Made by a program: the position numbers and the translations under genes. 64,000 nt of DNA from an uncultured bacterium. GTDB lineage: Bacteria > Oederibacteriota > JAAXVQ01 > JAUVAV01. Of this stretch, positions 48,400 through 57,844 are shown in pieces. The first letter of the stretch is position 1; every line of letters starts with the position of its first letter. Below the pieces are notes generated by a model, which was given only the letters and a program-made list of their open reading frames with translations, made no database searches and was not told where the DNA came from. The DNA lies in the NCBI GenBank assembly GCA_963710755.1, contig CAVQBK010000007.1, positions 76,796-140,795 of the forward strand. Reading direction: 5' to 3'.

Positions 48400-48948
48400 A
48401 TGAAAATTAACATCAATCAAAAAACATTGATGCTGCAAGTTGGGGACATTACCAAACATAGCGGAGAGGCCATTGTCAATGCAGCTAATCCTTATTTGGC
48501 AGGCGGGGGTGGTGTGGATGGCGCCATTCATCGTGCCGGCGGTCCTTTCCTATTAAAAGCTTGTCAGGAAATAATTCGTGAAATTAAACGTCTGCCCAAC
48601 GGCAAAGCCGTGATCACCGCGGGCGGGGCCTTGCCGGCTCGCAATGTTATTCATGCCGTCGGGCCAATTTACAGCCATAACCCGCAAGCTGCACCGGCCA
48701 TTTTAAAATCTGCCTATTGGGAAAGCCTACACTTGGCGGATAAAATGGTCCTGAAAGATATTGCGTTTCCTTCCATTGGGACCGGCAGCTATGGCTATCC
48801 CATTGGAGAAGCCGCGGCCATTGCCATGAAAACGATCGTCGACTATTTGCATGGAACCACCAGCCTGGAAAAAGTGTTTTTTTACCTTTTCACCAACCAT
48901 GACTATCAGATTTATGTGCAAGCCTTGAAACAGGTGGTAGGGGAATAA
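48400..48948 (+). CDS. Macro-domain O-acetyl-ADP-ribose deacetylase (YmdB-like)
   Basis: GDIT, AIVNAAN..LAGGGGVDGAIHRAGG, VIHAVGP, AFPSIGTG.YGYP. Confidence 0.95.
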   Translation: MKININQKTLMLQVGDITKHSGEAIVNAANPYLAGGGGVDGAIHRAGGPFLLKACQEIIREIKRLPNGKAVITAGGALPARNVIHAVGPIYSHNPQAAPAILKSAYWESLHLADKMVLKDIAFPSIGTGSYGYPIGEAAAIAMKTIVDYLHGTTSLEKVFFYLFTNHDYQIYVQALKQVVGE

Positions 48949-49683
48949 ATGAACAACTCCTTGCCCGTTATTCCGCAGAATATGAAGGGTAAAAAGTATC
49001 AGGCCATTTTTTTCGATGCCGGTAACACCTTGTTTTACGCCTTCCCATCAGTGGGCGCTATTTATGCACAGACTGCAGCTGGTTATGGTTATCAAGCTGA
49101 TGCCGAATACATTAACCGTATTTTTAAAGATATCTGGATCCGGTGGAGCTCGCTCCACGCCTTCCCCGTGGGCCGCTCGCAGGCAGAAGAACAGTCGTGG
49201 TGGTATGGCCTGGTTAAAGAGCTCATGAGCCACGGTCAGGGATTCCGTGATTTTGATGGTTTTTTTAAAGATGTTTATCAGCGCTTTAAGCAAGCATCGG
49301 TTTGGCGGCTTTATCCGGAAGTCGTAAAAGTCTTAACCTATTGCCGCAAACGTGGTACAATTCTGGGCATTATTTCCAATTGGGATTCCCGTTTGCCGGA
49401 AGTCTGTCAAGCTTTAGGACTGACCAGGTATTTTGATTTCATCATAGCATCCGCGCAGGCTGGTGTTTCCAAACCTCACCCGGATATTTTTCAACTGGCT
49501 TTGAGTCAAGCCGGGGTTCCGGCCACCAGGGCCCTGCATATCGGTGATTCCCTGCAGGACGACATTGAAGGAGCCCAACGTGTGGGTCTGGATACTTTGT
49601 GGATCGAACGTGATCAGGTTCGTGGAGGTCATGCACATTTGGCTAAAACCAATACCTTGGAAACAGTCATGTCATTTTGTTAG
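48949..49683 (+). CDS. HAD-superfamily hydrolase, subfamily IA
   Basis: FFDAGNTL, ISNWDSRL, SKPHPDIF, HIGDS..DD. Confidence 0.93.
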   Translation: MNNSLPVIPQNMKGKKYQAIFFDAGNTLFYAFPSVGAIYAQTAAGYGYQADAEYINRIFKDIWIRWSSLHAFPVGRSQAEEQSWWYGLVKELMSHGQGFRDFDGFFKDVYQRFKQASVWRLYPEVVKVLTYCRKRGTILGIISNWDSRLPEVCQALGLTRYFDFIIASAQAGVSKPHPDIFQLALSQAGVPATRALHIGDSLQDDIEGAQRVGLDTLWIERDQVRGGHAHLAKTNTLETVMSFC

Positions 49684-49691
49684 GAGGAATT

Positions 49692-50357
49692 ATGCGCCGT
49701 GGCTTTTTTATGCTTTTAATCATGCTTGGCAGTTGGGCGGGCGTCATGATGATGGCCTGGAGCGCCGACGCAGTTGGCCACCAGATTCAACCCAAATTGG
49801 TGCTGGTCGTATTTGATCATTGGAAAACCAGATTTTTTGGATTACCCACCGAATTGCCGGTCCTGCTGAAACCAGGAGAACATTTTGATCCCAAGCAAGG
49901 ACGTTATGATTTTGCGCAGGGCCTGCAAGCCATGGACATTTACATCCATCTGAAGCCCAATACCAAGCTGGCCAAGAGTTACCGACGCTTCATAGATAAG
50001 TGGCCCCTTTACCAGGAATTTTTCAAATCCGTGGATCAGGAAAATTATGGTGAAGCCCAGAGCCTGCTTCAGCAAATTTTGAAAATTGATAAAAAAGACC
50101 CAGCTGTGCATTTTTATTTGGGAAGTTTGAACACTCATTTGAAAAATTATGCGGCGGCAGAAGCCCATTATCGTGATTGCCTGACCTATTACCCTGGTTA
50201 CGGACCAGCTTATATCCATCTGGCCCGTTTGGCCAAGGCTCGAGGAGATGAACGCGTTGCCAAGGCTTATCTGCAAGATGCCGTCAAACGGGTTGGTCCT
50301 AATGAACAGGAAGGCGCCGGAGCTCTGGCGCGTAAAATGCTCGAAACGCTAAAATAA
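49692..50357 (+). CDS. Exported TPR protein
   Basis: AGGAGG RBS, signal peptide or anchor, TPRs (AVHFYLG, AYIHLA). Confidence 0.8.
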   Translation: MRRGFFMLLIMLGSWAGVMMMAWSADAVGHQIQPKLVLVVFDHWKTRFFGLPTELPVLLKPGEHFDPKQGRYDFAQGLQAMDIYIHLKPNTKLAKSYRRFIDKWPLYQEFFKSVDQENYGEAQSLLQQILKIDKKDPAVHFYLGSLNTHLKNYAAAEAHYRDCLTYYPGYGPAYIHLARLAKARGDERVAKAYLQDAVKRVGPNEQEGAGALARKMLETLK

Positions 50358-50476
50358 ATGGATGAACTGCTTTGAAGCCCATGGTTTGAGAGTCAGTCAA
50401 GGATGTTGAATTGCAGGATTTTTAACGCTTGAATTGCCAATTGCGGCTGCAGTGACATCCAGGCGAGGAGGAAGCT

Positions 50477-50944
50477 ATGCCAGTGATTAAAAAATTGGAA
50501 CCAGGCAAATTACTGTGTTTGGAAGGACAGGGGGGGGAGGATGCGATCCGAGCCGCCAGGAGCCAGTTGCTTGAATTTGTTGCAGAGGAAGGTGTTCCCG
50601 TGTTGGGCGAGCCGTTTATGCTATACTATGACGACTTGAATCAGTTGGATTTCCAGCAGGCCCATTTTGCAGTGGCCTTGGCGCTGGCCGGGGAAACCTT
50701 TGGTGACGGGGAAATCGTTGTGGTAACCCAGACGGTGATGAAAGTGGCCAGTGCCTCCCACACCGGAGATCAACAGGCTCTGAATTCAGTGCTCAAGGAC
50801 CTGCAGGCTTGGGTACAGGAACATCAGTTTAAGCCTCAGGGACCGTTGCGGCTTTATTACCGGCCCGGCGCGTCGGAACAAACTGACAGCGCCTGGCTCG
50901 ACCGGGTGGCGGAAGTGCAACTACCGGTTGTCAAAACCGCCTGA
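50477..50944 (+). CDS. GyrI-like small-molecule-binding protein
   Basis: GEPFMLYY, VASASHTG, LQAWVQEH, EVQLPV. GAGGAGG RBS. Confidence 0.8.
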   Translation: MPVIKKLEPGKLLCLEGQGGEDAIRAARSQLLEFVAEEGVPVLGEPFMLYYDDLNQLDFQQAHFAVALALAGETFGDGEIVVVTQTVMKVASASHTGDQQALNSVLKDLQAWVQEHQFKPQGPLRLYYRPGASEQTDSAWLDRVAEVQLPVVKTA

Positions 50945-50952
50945 GGGCCACA

Positions 50953-51774
50953 GTGGACTTGATTCCAATCGGTGATGGCGTTTTGGATAAATGGCGCCAG
51001 CACTATAAAGCCAGTCTGGGGTGTCCGGTCATCACCGATGTTCATGACGCGCTGTGCCAAATGGGCCATAGCTATGCGCTGGAGGCTTTGGGCAATACGG
51101 TGGGTTATGCAGTAGTTAACAATGAAAATAACCTGGGGCTGACGGCGCCCGTGGTAAGTGAAGTTTTTTTTAATGTGGCTAAAAGTCGGGTGATCCGTCA
51201 ATTATTAACCGAGTTGATAGAACGATGTGCTCCCGCAACTATTCTGGCTCGGTCGGATGAGGCCGTGATTTTTCCTATGTTAATGGAAATGCGCATGCCC
51301 AACCAAGTTTACACCACACTCTATCAGTTGGATCAAGCGCCGGCCTGGACAGAAGATTCATCCTTGGTTATTGTGGCCAGCACTATGGATGAAGCTCAGG
51401 ACCTGTTGCCCTATTATGCCAGGGTGTCACCATTACTGGGCGGTATTCCCGAGGAAAGGGCGCTGCTCAAGAGCTTGGCAGCCTGGGAGCATTATCGTTT
51501 ATTGGCGGACGGCCGTATTGTGGGGGTAGCTTATGCCGTGCCCCAGGGAGACCGATATGTTTCCATCATGACGTTGATTGAGCCGCAAGCGCAAGGGCAG
51601 GGGTTTGGTAAGTATCTGACAGGGTTCCTGGCAGGTAAATTAATCCGCAATCAAAAAATTGTCCTTGCAGCCTTGCCCTATGACCAGGAACCGGGCAAGT
51701 TCTTGCTTGAATCCTTGGGCAGCCGGCTGGCTGGCCATGACTTGATTTTTAAACCGCGCCTAGCGGATCATTAA
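50953..51774 (+). CDS. GNAT family acetyltransferase (tandem GNAT-like)
   Basis: C-terminal acetyl-CoA motif PQAQGQGFGK and LLESLG. Confidence 0.75.
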   Translation: MDLIPIGDGVLDKWRQHYKASLGCPVITDVHDALCQMGHSYALEALGNTVGYAVVNNENNLGLTAPVVSEVFFNVAKSRVIRQLLTELIERCAPATILARSDEAVIFPMLMEMRMPNQVYTTLYQLDQAPAWTEDSSLVIVASTMDEAQDLLPYYARVSPLLGGIPEERALLKSLAAWEHYRLLADGRIVGVAYAVPQGDRYVSIMTLIEPQAQGQGFGKYLTGFLAGKLIRNQKIVLAALPYDQEPGKFLLESLGSRLAGHDLIFKPRLADH

Positions 51775-51918
51775 ATATAGGCTATACTTTAATTTGAGAA
51801 AAAACATAGGCAAGGCAGCCCATTTATAACGATTCCCGGCGACTTCATCAGGCGCAAACCGCTTGGGCTGTAATTCCGGCAACACCGACTATAGGCCGAG
51901 AGCCATGGAGGCAATGGT

Positions 51919-52626
51919 ATGGCAAAAAAATTTTTTGTATTGCAGCATGTGGCATGTGAACCTCTGGGGATCTGGGAGGAAGAATTAAACCGCTGGCATG
52001 CGCGCTTTGAGACCGTTAAATTGTGGGAAGGCGATAAAGTACCTGTTGCCTCGGAAACGTTGGCGGCCATTGTGTTGGGCGGGCCTATGAATGTGGATGA
52101 AACCGATCAGTTTCCCTTTTTAGAAGATGAAGTGGCCTATATCAAGGCGCTGATTGAAGCGGATATACACGTGCTGGGTGTATGCCTGGGTTCGCAATTA
52201 ATGGCGAAAGCCTTGGGGGGAAGAGTCAGCAAGGGCCCTAAAAGCGAGATCGGTTATAGTAATGTGACGCTGACTCCCAATGGGGCGGACAATCGCTTGT
52301 TCCGCGGGTTTCCCATGACTTTGCCTGTATTTCAATGGCATAGTCAGGGGTTTGAATTGCCACAAGGGGTGGAGCATCTGGCCACCAGCGAAGATTTTCC
52401 CAATCAAGCGTTTGCTTTCCAACATGCCTGGGGCCTGCAATTTCACGCAGAAGTTACGTCGGAACAGGTAGAGTCCATGGCCAAGGCTTATGAGGAAGAA
52501 TTAGCAGTCCAACCGGGGGTGACTAGAACCAAATTGAAGGAACAAGCCCTGGCTCAGGGACAAATGGTGGCCCTTTACGGACGTCAAATTATAAGAAGGT
52601 TTTGGGATTCTGTTACGGAAATTTAA
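51919..52626 (+). CDS. Class I glutamine amidotransferase (stand-alone)
   Basis: VLGGPM, GVCLGSQL, FQWH, GLQFHAE. Confidence 0.93.
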   Translation: MAKKFFVLQHVACEPLGIWEEELNRWHARFETVKLWEGDKVPVASETLAAIVLGGPMNVDETDQFPFLEDEVAYIKALIEADIHVLGVCLGSQLMAKALGGRVSKGPKSEIGYSNVTLTPNGADNRLFRGFPMTLPVFQWHSQGFELPQGVEHLATSEDFPNQAFAFQHAWGLQFHAEVTSEQVESMAKAYEEELAVQPGVTRTKLKEQALAQGQMVALYGRQIIRRFWDSVTEI

Positions 52627-52675
52627 CAATCCATCTAAGCCGACCTGGCAGTCCGCTGTAGCCACGGCGGCGGGG

Positions 52676-52981
52676 TTGGCGCTTGCGCTTTACTGGCTGA
52701 CCTACGGCTACTTGTCCCTGTGGCAAGCGAAGGACCTGCTGTGGCATCGTCTGTTACCTAATCTCTTGCCGGGGGTGGGTTTGCTGTTTTTGGCAATGAT
52801 GGCCAGACGCCATCCTGTTCCTTATGGCAGCGCCTTGGTGGTTGTCGCAGTCTTGCTCGGTGTGATTGCGGTGGTTCGGAATTGGACCCTTGGCCATGCC
52901 TTGGTTATCACCGGTCCGGTCCTGGCGGTGGGACTGTTGTTTTTGATCTGGAGATCTGCCATGGTCGTGAAAGTTAAATGA
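52676..52981 (+). CDS. Small membrane protein
   Basis: About 4 hydrophobic segments. Start uncertain, since the frame is open further upstream. Confidence 0.55.
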   Translation: MALALYWLTYGYLSLWQAKDLLWHRLLPNLLPGVGLLFLAMMARRHPVPYGSALVVVAVLLGVIAVVRNWTLGHALVITGPVLAVGLLFLIWRSAMVVKVK

Positions 52982-53079
52982 TACTTGCCGGGCGGTGGGC
53001 AAAAGTTAAGTCCGGATTTTGTATTGCCCGACGCGGTGAATGATCATCAACTCTAAGGCTAATTAACGGAGAGCAATCA

Positions 53080-54564
53080 ATGAAATCATGCGTACTTGTT
53101 CTGGATGTGGATATTGAGATTTGTCGTGTTGTGGCCATGACACCTGATTTTGAAAAGATCGCACAAAAACAGGAAGTATGGCATCCCGGGAGCGAGGAAG
53201 TTTTTGGCGGGCAAGCGGCCCAGACGCTTTGGGAAAAGGTGCATGCTTTGATTAAAGGCATGGTGGAGGAGTTGGACGGCTGGACGATTTTGGCCCTGAG
53301 CTTGACCGGCATGCCGGGAGGAACGGTGGTCTGGAACCGAGAAACTTTCGCGCCCCTGGCTTGCATCTTTGATCCCCGGGACCAGCGCGTCAAGGAACTG
53401 GTGACCAGTATGAAGGAGGAGCGCCGGGAACCGATGGTGCATTTCCGTACTGGTCTTTACCTTGATGCCCGTTGGCCGGGGACCCAACTGGCTTGGTTAC
53501 TGAACGAAGCCAAAGGCTTAAGAAACGGCGCTCTGGATGGCCAGTTGGCCTTTGGATCAGCTTTGTCCTGGATCTTATGGCAGCTGACCGGTGGCAGCGT
53601 GCATGCCATGGACGCTGCCGCCGCTTCTCAGACACTGCTTTTCGATTTAAGCACCTACCAATGGGAAAGTCAGTTGCTGGCAACGTTTGATATTCCCAGT
53701 AAGCTGATGCCGCGTATCGGACAGAGCAATGATTATTATGGGGAAACGGTGTCCCAACTCTTTGGCCGCCCTCTTCCAATTGTCGGATTGAGCAACCACG
53801 CCTCAGCGCAGTTGTACACTTTGGCGGAAAAGGAACCCGATCATTTTATGGTCTGCTATGATCATGAACTGCACATGCAGGTACCCAGAGGCTATGCACC
53901 TTCCATTGTGAGCAATATGATGTCCAGCATGGCCTGGGTGATGGACGGACATCCCTTTTTCAAGTTGAGTTGCCAGTTGGCGGGATTTGCGGAAGGTGTC
54001 CGCTGGCTGGCCCGTCATATGGAGCTGCCCATGACTCTGAGCGGGTTGGATCAAGCGGCGGCTCAGGCCAATGCCAAGTCCCAGGTTGTGCTGGTACCGG
54101 CCTTTGAAGGATATGGCCCGCCCTTTTTTGATCCCCATGCCCAGGCGGCTATTCTGGGCTTGTCCGCCGACACCTCGGCGGAAGACCTGGCCAAGGCGCT
54201 GTTGGAATCCCAGACTTTTCAATGTGACCAAATTGTGCACTTGGTGGAACGCATCACCAAAAAACAAGTGAAAACCATTGTAGCCGACAGCCGCCAGCAG
54301 TCCTGTGACGGATTAATGCAGATGCAAGCTGACATTGCAGCCAAGGATGTGGTTTATTATCCAACCTTGTCCCTGTCCTGTCTGGGTGCGACAGCCTTGA
54401 CGTTGAGTAAACTGTCAGATCAGGATGTTAGGGACAGACTCCAAACCAAACTGGCACAAGAGCGACGGCACTTTGCGCCGCAGATGGATGAATTCATGAG
54501 TCAGAAGCGGCGCCATCTCTGGCATGAGGCCTTTGAAAGGGCCAGAAGCTGGAGCCTTCCTTAG
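53080..54564 (+). CDS. Glycerol kinase (FGGY) homolog with degenerate catalytic motifs
   Basis: GlpK scaffold (TGLYLD, LAFG..SW..WQLTGG..H..D...AS.TLLFD, VPAF.G.G.P.FDP, LMQMQAD), but DQGTTS, NQRE, GDQ, YGTG and DGG are absent. Confidence 0.85.
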   Translation: MKSCVLVLDVDIEICRVVAMTPDFEKIAQKQEVWHPGSEEVFGGQAAQTLWEKVHALIKGMVEELDGWTILALSLTGMPGGTVVWNRETFAPLACIFDPRDQRVKELVTSMKEERREPMVHFRTGLYLDARWPGTQLAWLLNEAKGLRNGALDGQLAFGSALSWILWQLTGGSVHAMDAAAASQTLLFDLSTYQWESQLLATFDIPSKLMPRIGQSNDYYGETVSQLFGRPLPIVGLSNHASAQLYTLAEKEPDHFMVCYDHELHMQVPRGYAPSIVSNMMSSMAWVMDGHPFFKLSCQLAGFAEGVRWLARHMELPMTLSGLDQAAAQANAKSQVVLVPAFEGYGPPFFDPHAQAAILGLSADTSAEDLAKALLESQTFQCDQIVHLVERITKKQVKTIVADSRQQSCDGLMQMQADIAAKDVVYYPTLSLSCLGATALTLSKLSDQDVRDRLQTKLAQERRHFAPQMDEFMSQKRRHLWHEAFERARSWSLP

Positions 54565-54734
54565 TTATCAAGAAGCGCTAACAATTCTCAGGGTTTCCCG
54601 GAGTTTATATCGAGCCCTTTTAGTTATGAAGCGAAAAGGGACAATAATCATTGAATCCTTTAGTATCAACGGCGTTGCAGTTAGCCACAGGGTAATTTTA
54701 AAAAAATGAGCAGCATGAGGGGGAAGGGCCGACA

Positions 54735-56579
54735 TTGATTAAAAAGCTTTTGAATTCATTGCAGGAAAGTATGGAGAAGGTACAAATAAGCGCCATCAGC
54801 AAATGGTTGTTTTTTGGTATCCTAATAGGCCTTGTCGCCGGTTTGGGGGCCTGGGTCTTCATGTTGTTGCTCAAAGGATTCCAACACATATTTGCCGAAA
54901 AAATGCTTTACCATATGGCACCGGCCACAGCGCATATGACGGGGGAGGTGTTTACCCTGTTAGGGGTGAAATGGTGGTGGCTGATCCCCTTGATTCCCGC
55001 CGTGGGCGGACTAATTTCAGGGCTGCTGGTGTTTATCTGGGCACCGGAAGCGGAAGGGCACGGGACGGACGGGGTCATCGCCAGTTTTCATCATGGCCGC
55101 GGCATGATCCGCAGCCGCGTGCCCCTCATTAAAACCCTGGCTTCGGCAGCTTTGATCGGCAGCGGCGGTTCGGCCGGCCGTGAGGGCCCTATTGCCCAAA
55201 TCGGGGCGGGGTTTGGTTCTTTTCTGGGGCGGGTGATGAATGTGACCGTCAAAGACAGACGTTTGATGGTTCTGGCCGGTGCGGCCGCCGGAATTTCCGC
55301 CATTTTCCAAGCTCCCTTGGGCGGCGCTATCTTCATCACCGAAGTGTTGTACCGCAACCATGAACTGGAAACCGAGGCACTCATACCGGCAATCATCGCT
55401 TCTTTAACAGCCTATTCCGTGTATACCCGGCTGGTGGGACGGGAATTGCTGTTTAGCATTCCGCCGGCCCTGCGTTTCGAGAAAGCTGAAGAATTGATTG
55501 CTTACCTGCTTCTGGGGTTGGTTTGTTCTGTGGTGGGCATTTTTTATGTTAAAGTCTTTTATGGCATGCGGGATCATTTTTTCAAACGCATAAAAATGCC
55601 TTTGGTATTAAAACCAGCCCTGGGCGGCTTTTTGCTGGGCTTGTTGCTCCTGGTGCTGCCGCATGTCTGGGGTGGCGGCTATGATGTCATGCAGCTGGCC
55701 ATGGCTCAAAAAATGGGCGCGGTATTAATGCTGCTGCTGGTGGTGGGCAAAATCCTGGCCACCTCTTTTTCCATCAGCTCGGGCGGATCGGGCGGTGTGT
55801 TTGCGCCCTCGCTGTTTATTGGCGCCATGCTGGGCGGCGGCATAGGCGCCCTATTTCATCAGTGGTTGCCTGCCAGTTTTATGCCCGACCCCACGGCCAT
55901 GGTGGTGGTGGGCATGGGTGGTTTTTTTGCGGGCATTGCCAAGGTGCCGATTGCCAGTATTATTATGGTCTCCGAAATGACAGGAGGGTACGGCTTGCTG
56001 GTGCCCATGATGCTAGTGTCCACTATTACCGTATTATTTACCCGTCATTACAGCCTTTATGAAAAGCAAGTAGCTCACACCATCGACTCACCGGCACACA
56101 AGGGTGATTTTATCACGGACTTGCTGGCTGGCCTGACCGTGGCCGACACCCAGGCATTGCTCGCTCAGCCCGTCACCTTGAAGGCTACCGACCCGCTCTC
56201 GTCCATTTTTAGGGTATTCAGTGAGCGCAAGCAAAACTTTGTGCCCGTGGTGGACCAGGAAAACATGGTGCAAGGCATCGTCTACTTCGATGATCTCCGC
56301 GATATTTTATTTGAAAATGAGTTGGATCTGAAATTAATCATTGCGGCGGATGTGGCCAAGACCGAATTTCCGTATATTACTCCCCAGGAAAATCTGCACA
56401 ATGTTATCACTAAATTTGCCTTGCACAAAATAAATGAGCTGCCCGTGTTAATGGAAGAGCATGGCCAGTTAAAAGGAATGTTGACCGAACAGGAAGTCAT
56501 TTTGACCTATAACAAAAAACTGGAGGCCATGAAGGCCACGGAGATTGAATTGATGGCCAGCCGGGGAGGATTTATTTAG
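54735..56579 (+). CDS. ClC family chloride channel/antiporter with CBS pair
   Basis: GHGTD, GGSAGREGP, GGVFAP, SEMTG and C-terminal CBS domains. Confidence 0.95.
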   Translation: MIKKLLNSLQESMEKVQISAISKWLFFGILIGLVAGLGAWVFMLLLKGFQHIFAEKMLYHMAPATAHMTGEVFTLLGVKWWWLIPLIPAVGGLISGLLVFIWAPEAEGHGTDGVIASFHHGRGMIRSRVPLIKTLASAALIGSGGSAGREGPIAQIGAGFGSFLGRVMNVTVKDRRLMVLAGAAAGISAIFQAPLGGAIFITEVLYRNHELETEALIPAIIASLTAYSVYTRLVGRELLFSIPPALRFEKAEELIAYLLLGLVCSVVGIFYVKVFYGMRDHFFKRIKMPLVLKPALGGFLLGLLLLVLPHVWGGGYDVMQLAMAQKMGAVLMLLLVVGKILATSFSISSGGSGGVFAPSLFIGAMLGGGIGALFHQWLPASFMPDPTAMVVVGMGGFFAGIAKVPIASIIMVSEMTGGYGLLVPMMLVSTITVLFTRHYSLYEKQVAHTIDSPAHKGDFITDLLAGLTVADTQALLAQPVTLKATDPLSSIFRVFSERKQNFVPVVDQENMVQGIVYFDDLRDILFENELDLKLIIAADVAKTEFPYITPQENLHNVITKFALHKINELPVLMEEHGQLKGMLTEQEVILTYNKKLEAMKATEIELMASRGGFI

Positions 56580-56686
56580 GGGCTTCGATCCGGGGCCTGG
56601 TAACAAATTAAAAAAAGATTGATTGCCCGAACAATTCCCCCTAGAATTGAAGGACTTGTCTGGACAGATGCTTAAGGAGGGCTTGC

Positions 56687-57247
56687 ATGCACAAAGTGAA
56701 AGAATTGTGGAACCGCATTCTTTTTCGAGAACCGGTGGATCCGGAATCGGTCTTTGAAAATCGTCTGTCGCAGACGGAAGTCAAGGACGGTTATTTGAAT
56801 CTCTCCAATATGAATATTCCATCCCGTTATTTTGTTGATGAGGAAACCATTAACGTGGTGATGATCAATGTGAGCGGCAGCGAAGAGAAACCGGTTACCT
56901 TTCGCTGCCGGCAACGCAAAGCCGAAGGGAAGAAGGGCAAAATATTCAAGCGTCAGCGTTTTTGGCCCATCAATTTTGGACTGAAGGAATGGTTTCAAAA
57001 GCAGAAAATCAGTGAAGGGGATTTGGTCTTGATGGCCATTGCCCTGAAAAGTAATTATTTGATCTTTCGGACCATTCGTCCCAAGACCTTGCTCATGCTC
57101 CATGACCGGCGCAGCACGGAACGACGGGCTTTGGAGCGTCGTTTCGACGACGACCGCCGCAAAACCCTGGTGCATGTGGCAGTTGATCGCCGGCAAAAAG
57201 ATCGTCGTCGCAAAGACCGGCGGGCAACCGAACGGCGGCTTAAATAG
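56687..57247 (+). CDS. Hypothetical protein, B3/EcoRII-N-like domain plus DRR/ERR repeats
   Basis: AAGGAGG RBS. VFENRLSQTEVKDGYLNL...GLKEWFQKQKISEGDLV, then a tail of DRR/ERR repeats. Confidence 0.6.
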   Translation: MHKVKELWNRILFREPVDPESVFENRLSQTEVKDGYLNLSNMNIPSRYFVDEETINVVMINVSGSEEKPVTFRCRQRKAEGKKGKIFKRQRFWPINFGLKEWFQKQKISEGDLVLMAIALKSNYLIFRTIRPKTLLMLHDRRSTERRALERRFDDDRRKTLVHVAVDRRQKDRRRKDRRATERRLK

Positions 57248-57399
57248 CCACCGGCGCTGAGGTGCCACCTGATAGATCAGTCTGTGGGGTACAGGCCCCC
57301 TTGGTTAATGTTTTGCGGACAACGGTCTTTATCCTGGGTACGCGGATGGAGATAACATCCAATCCGGAAAAAGAAATAGTTACAAGCGAGGAATAGGGT

Positions 57400-57759
57400 A
57401 TGTGGTGGATAACTGGGTTGGCCTTGATCGGCCTGAGTGCAGGTATATTGAGCGGCATATTTGGCATTGGCGGCGGCATTTTGGTTATTCCGGCTCTCAT
57501 TTTTTTCTATGGTATGGAGCAGAAGCTGGCGCAAGGCACCACACTTTTAATGATGGTGCCGCCAATAGGGCTGTTGGCGGCCTTGGAATACTTGAAGCGG
57601 GGCCAGGCCAACTGGCAGGCCGCCCTTTGGATTTGTCTCGGATTCGTAGTCGGCGGGTATCTGGGCTCAAAATGGGTAGGTGCAGTGCCCAGCCTTTATT
57701 TGAAAAAAACATTTGCTCTCCTGATGATCGGCGTTGGCATCAGGATGTTTTTTAAGTAA
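57400..57759 (+). CDS. TauE/SafE (TSUP) family membrane protein, half-size
   Basis: GILSGIFGIGGG..VIPAL, QKLAQGTTL, GGYLGS. Confidence 0.9.
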   Translation: MWWITGLALIGLSAGILSGIFGIGGGILVIPALIFFYGMEQKLAQGTTLLMMVPPIGLLAALEYLKRGQANWQAALWICLGFVVGGYLGSKWVGAVPSLYLKKTFALLMIGVGIRMFFK

Positions 57760-57844
57760 ACCCGGGACATGATTTTTTAATAGCCTCAAGGCATGTTCTG
57801 TCGTACAATCACCAGCAATCGAAGCTAGATCATGGAGGAGGAGA

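Noticed and set aside
54565-54734. Fluoride riboswitch upstream of the ClC gene
   Set aside because: No GGCGATGG...CTGATG core, and the protein has GREGP rather than the CLC-F GNNLI/GREGT motifs.
57400-57759. Truncated TauE pseudogene
   Set aside because: Clean start and stop. Half-size TSUP proteins of about 120 aa are a known form.
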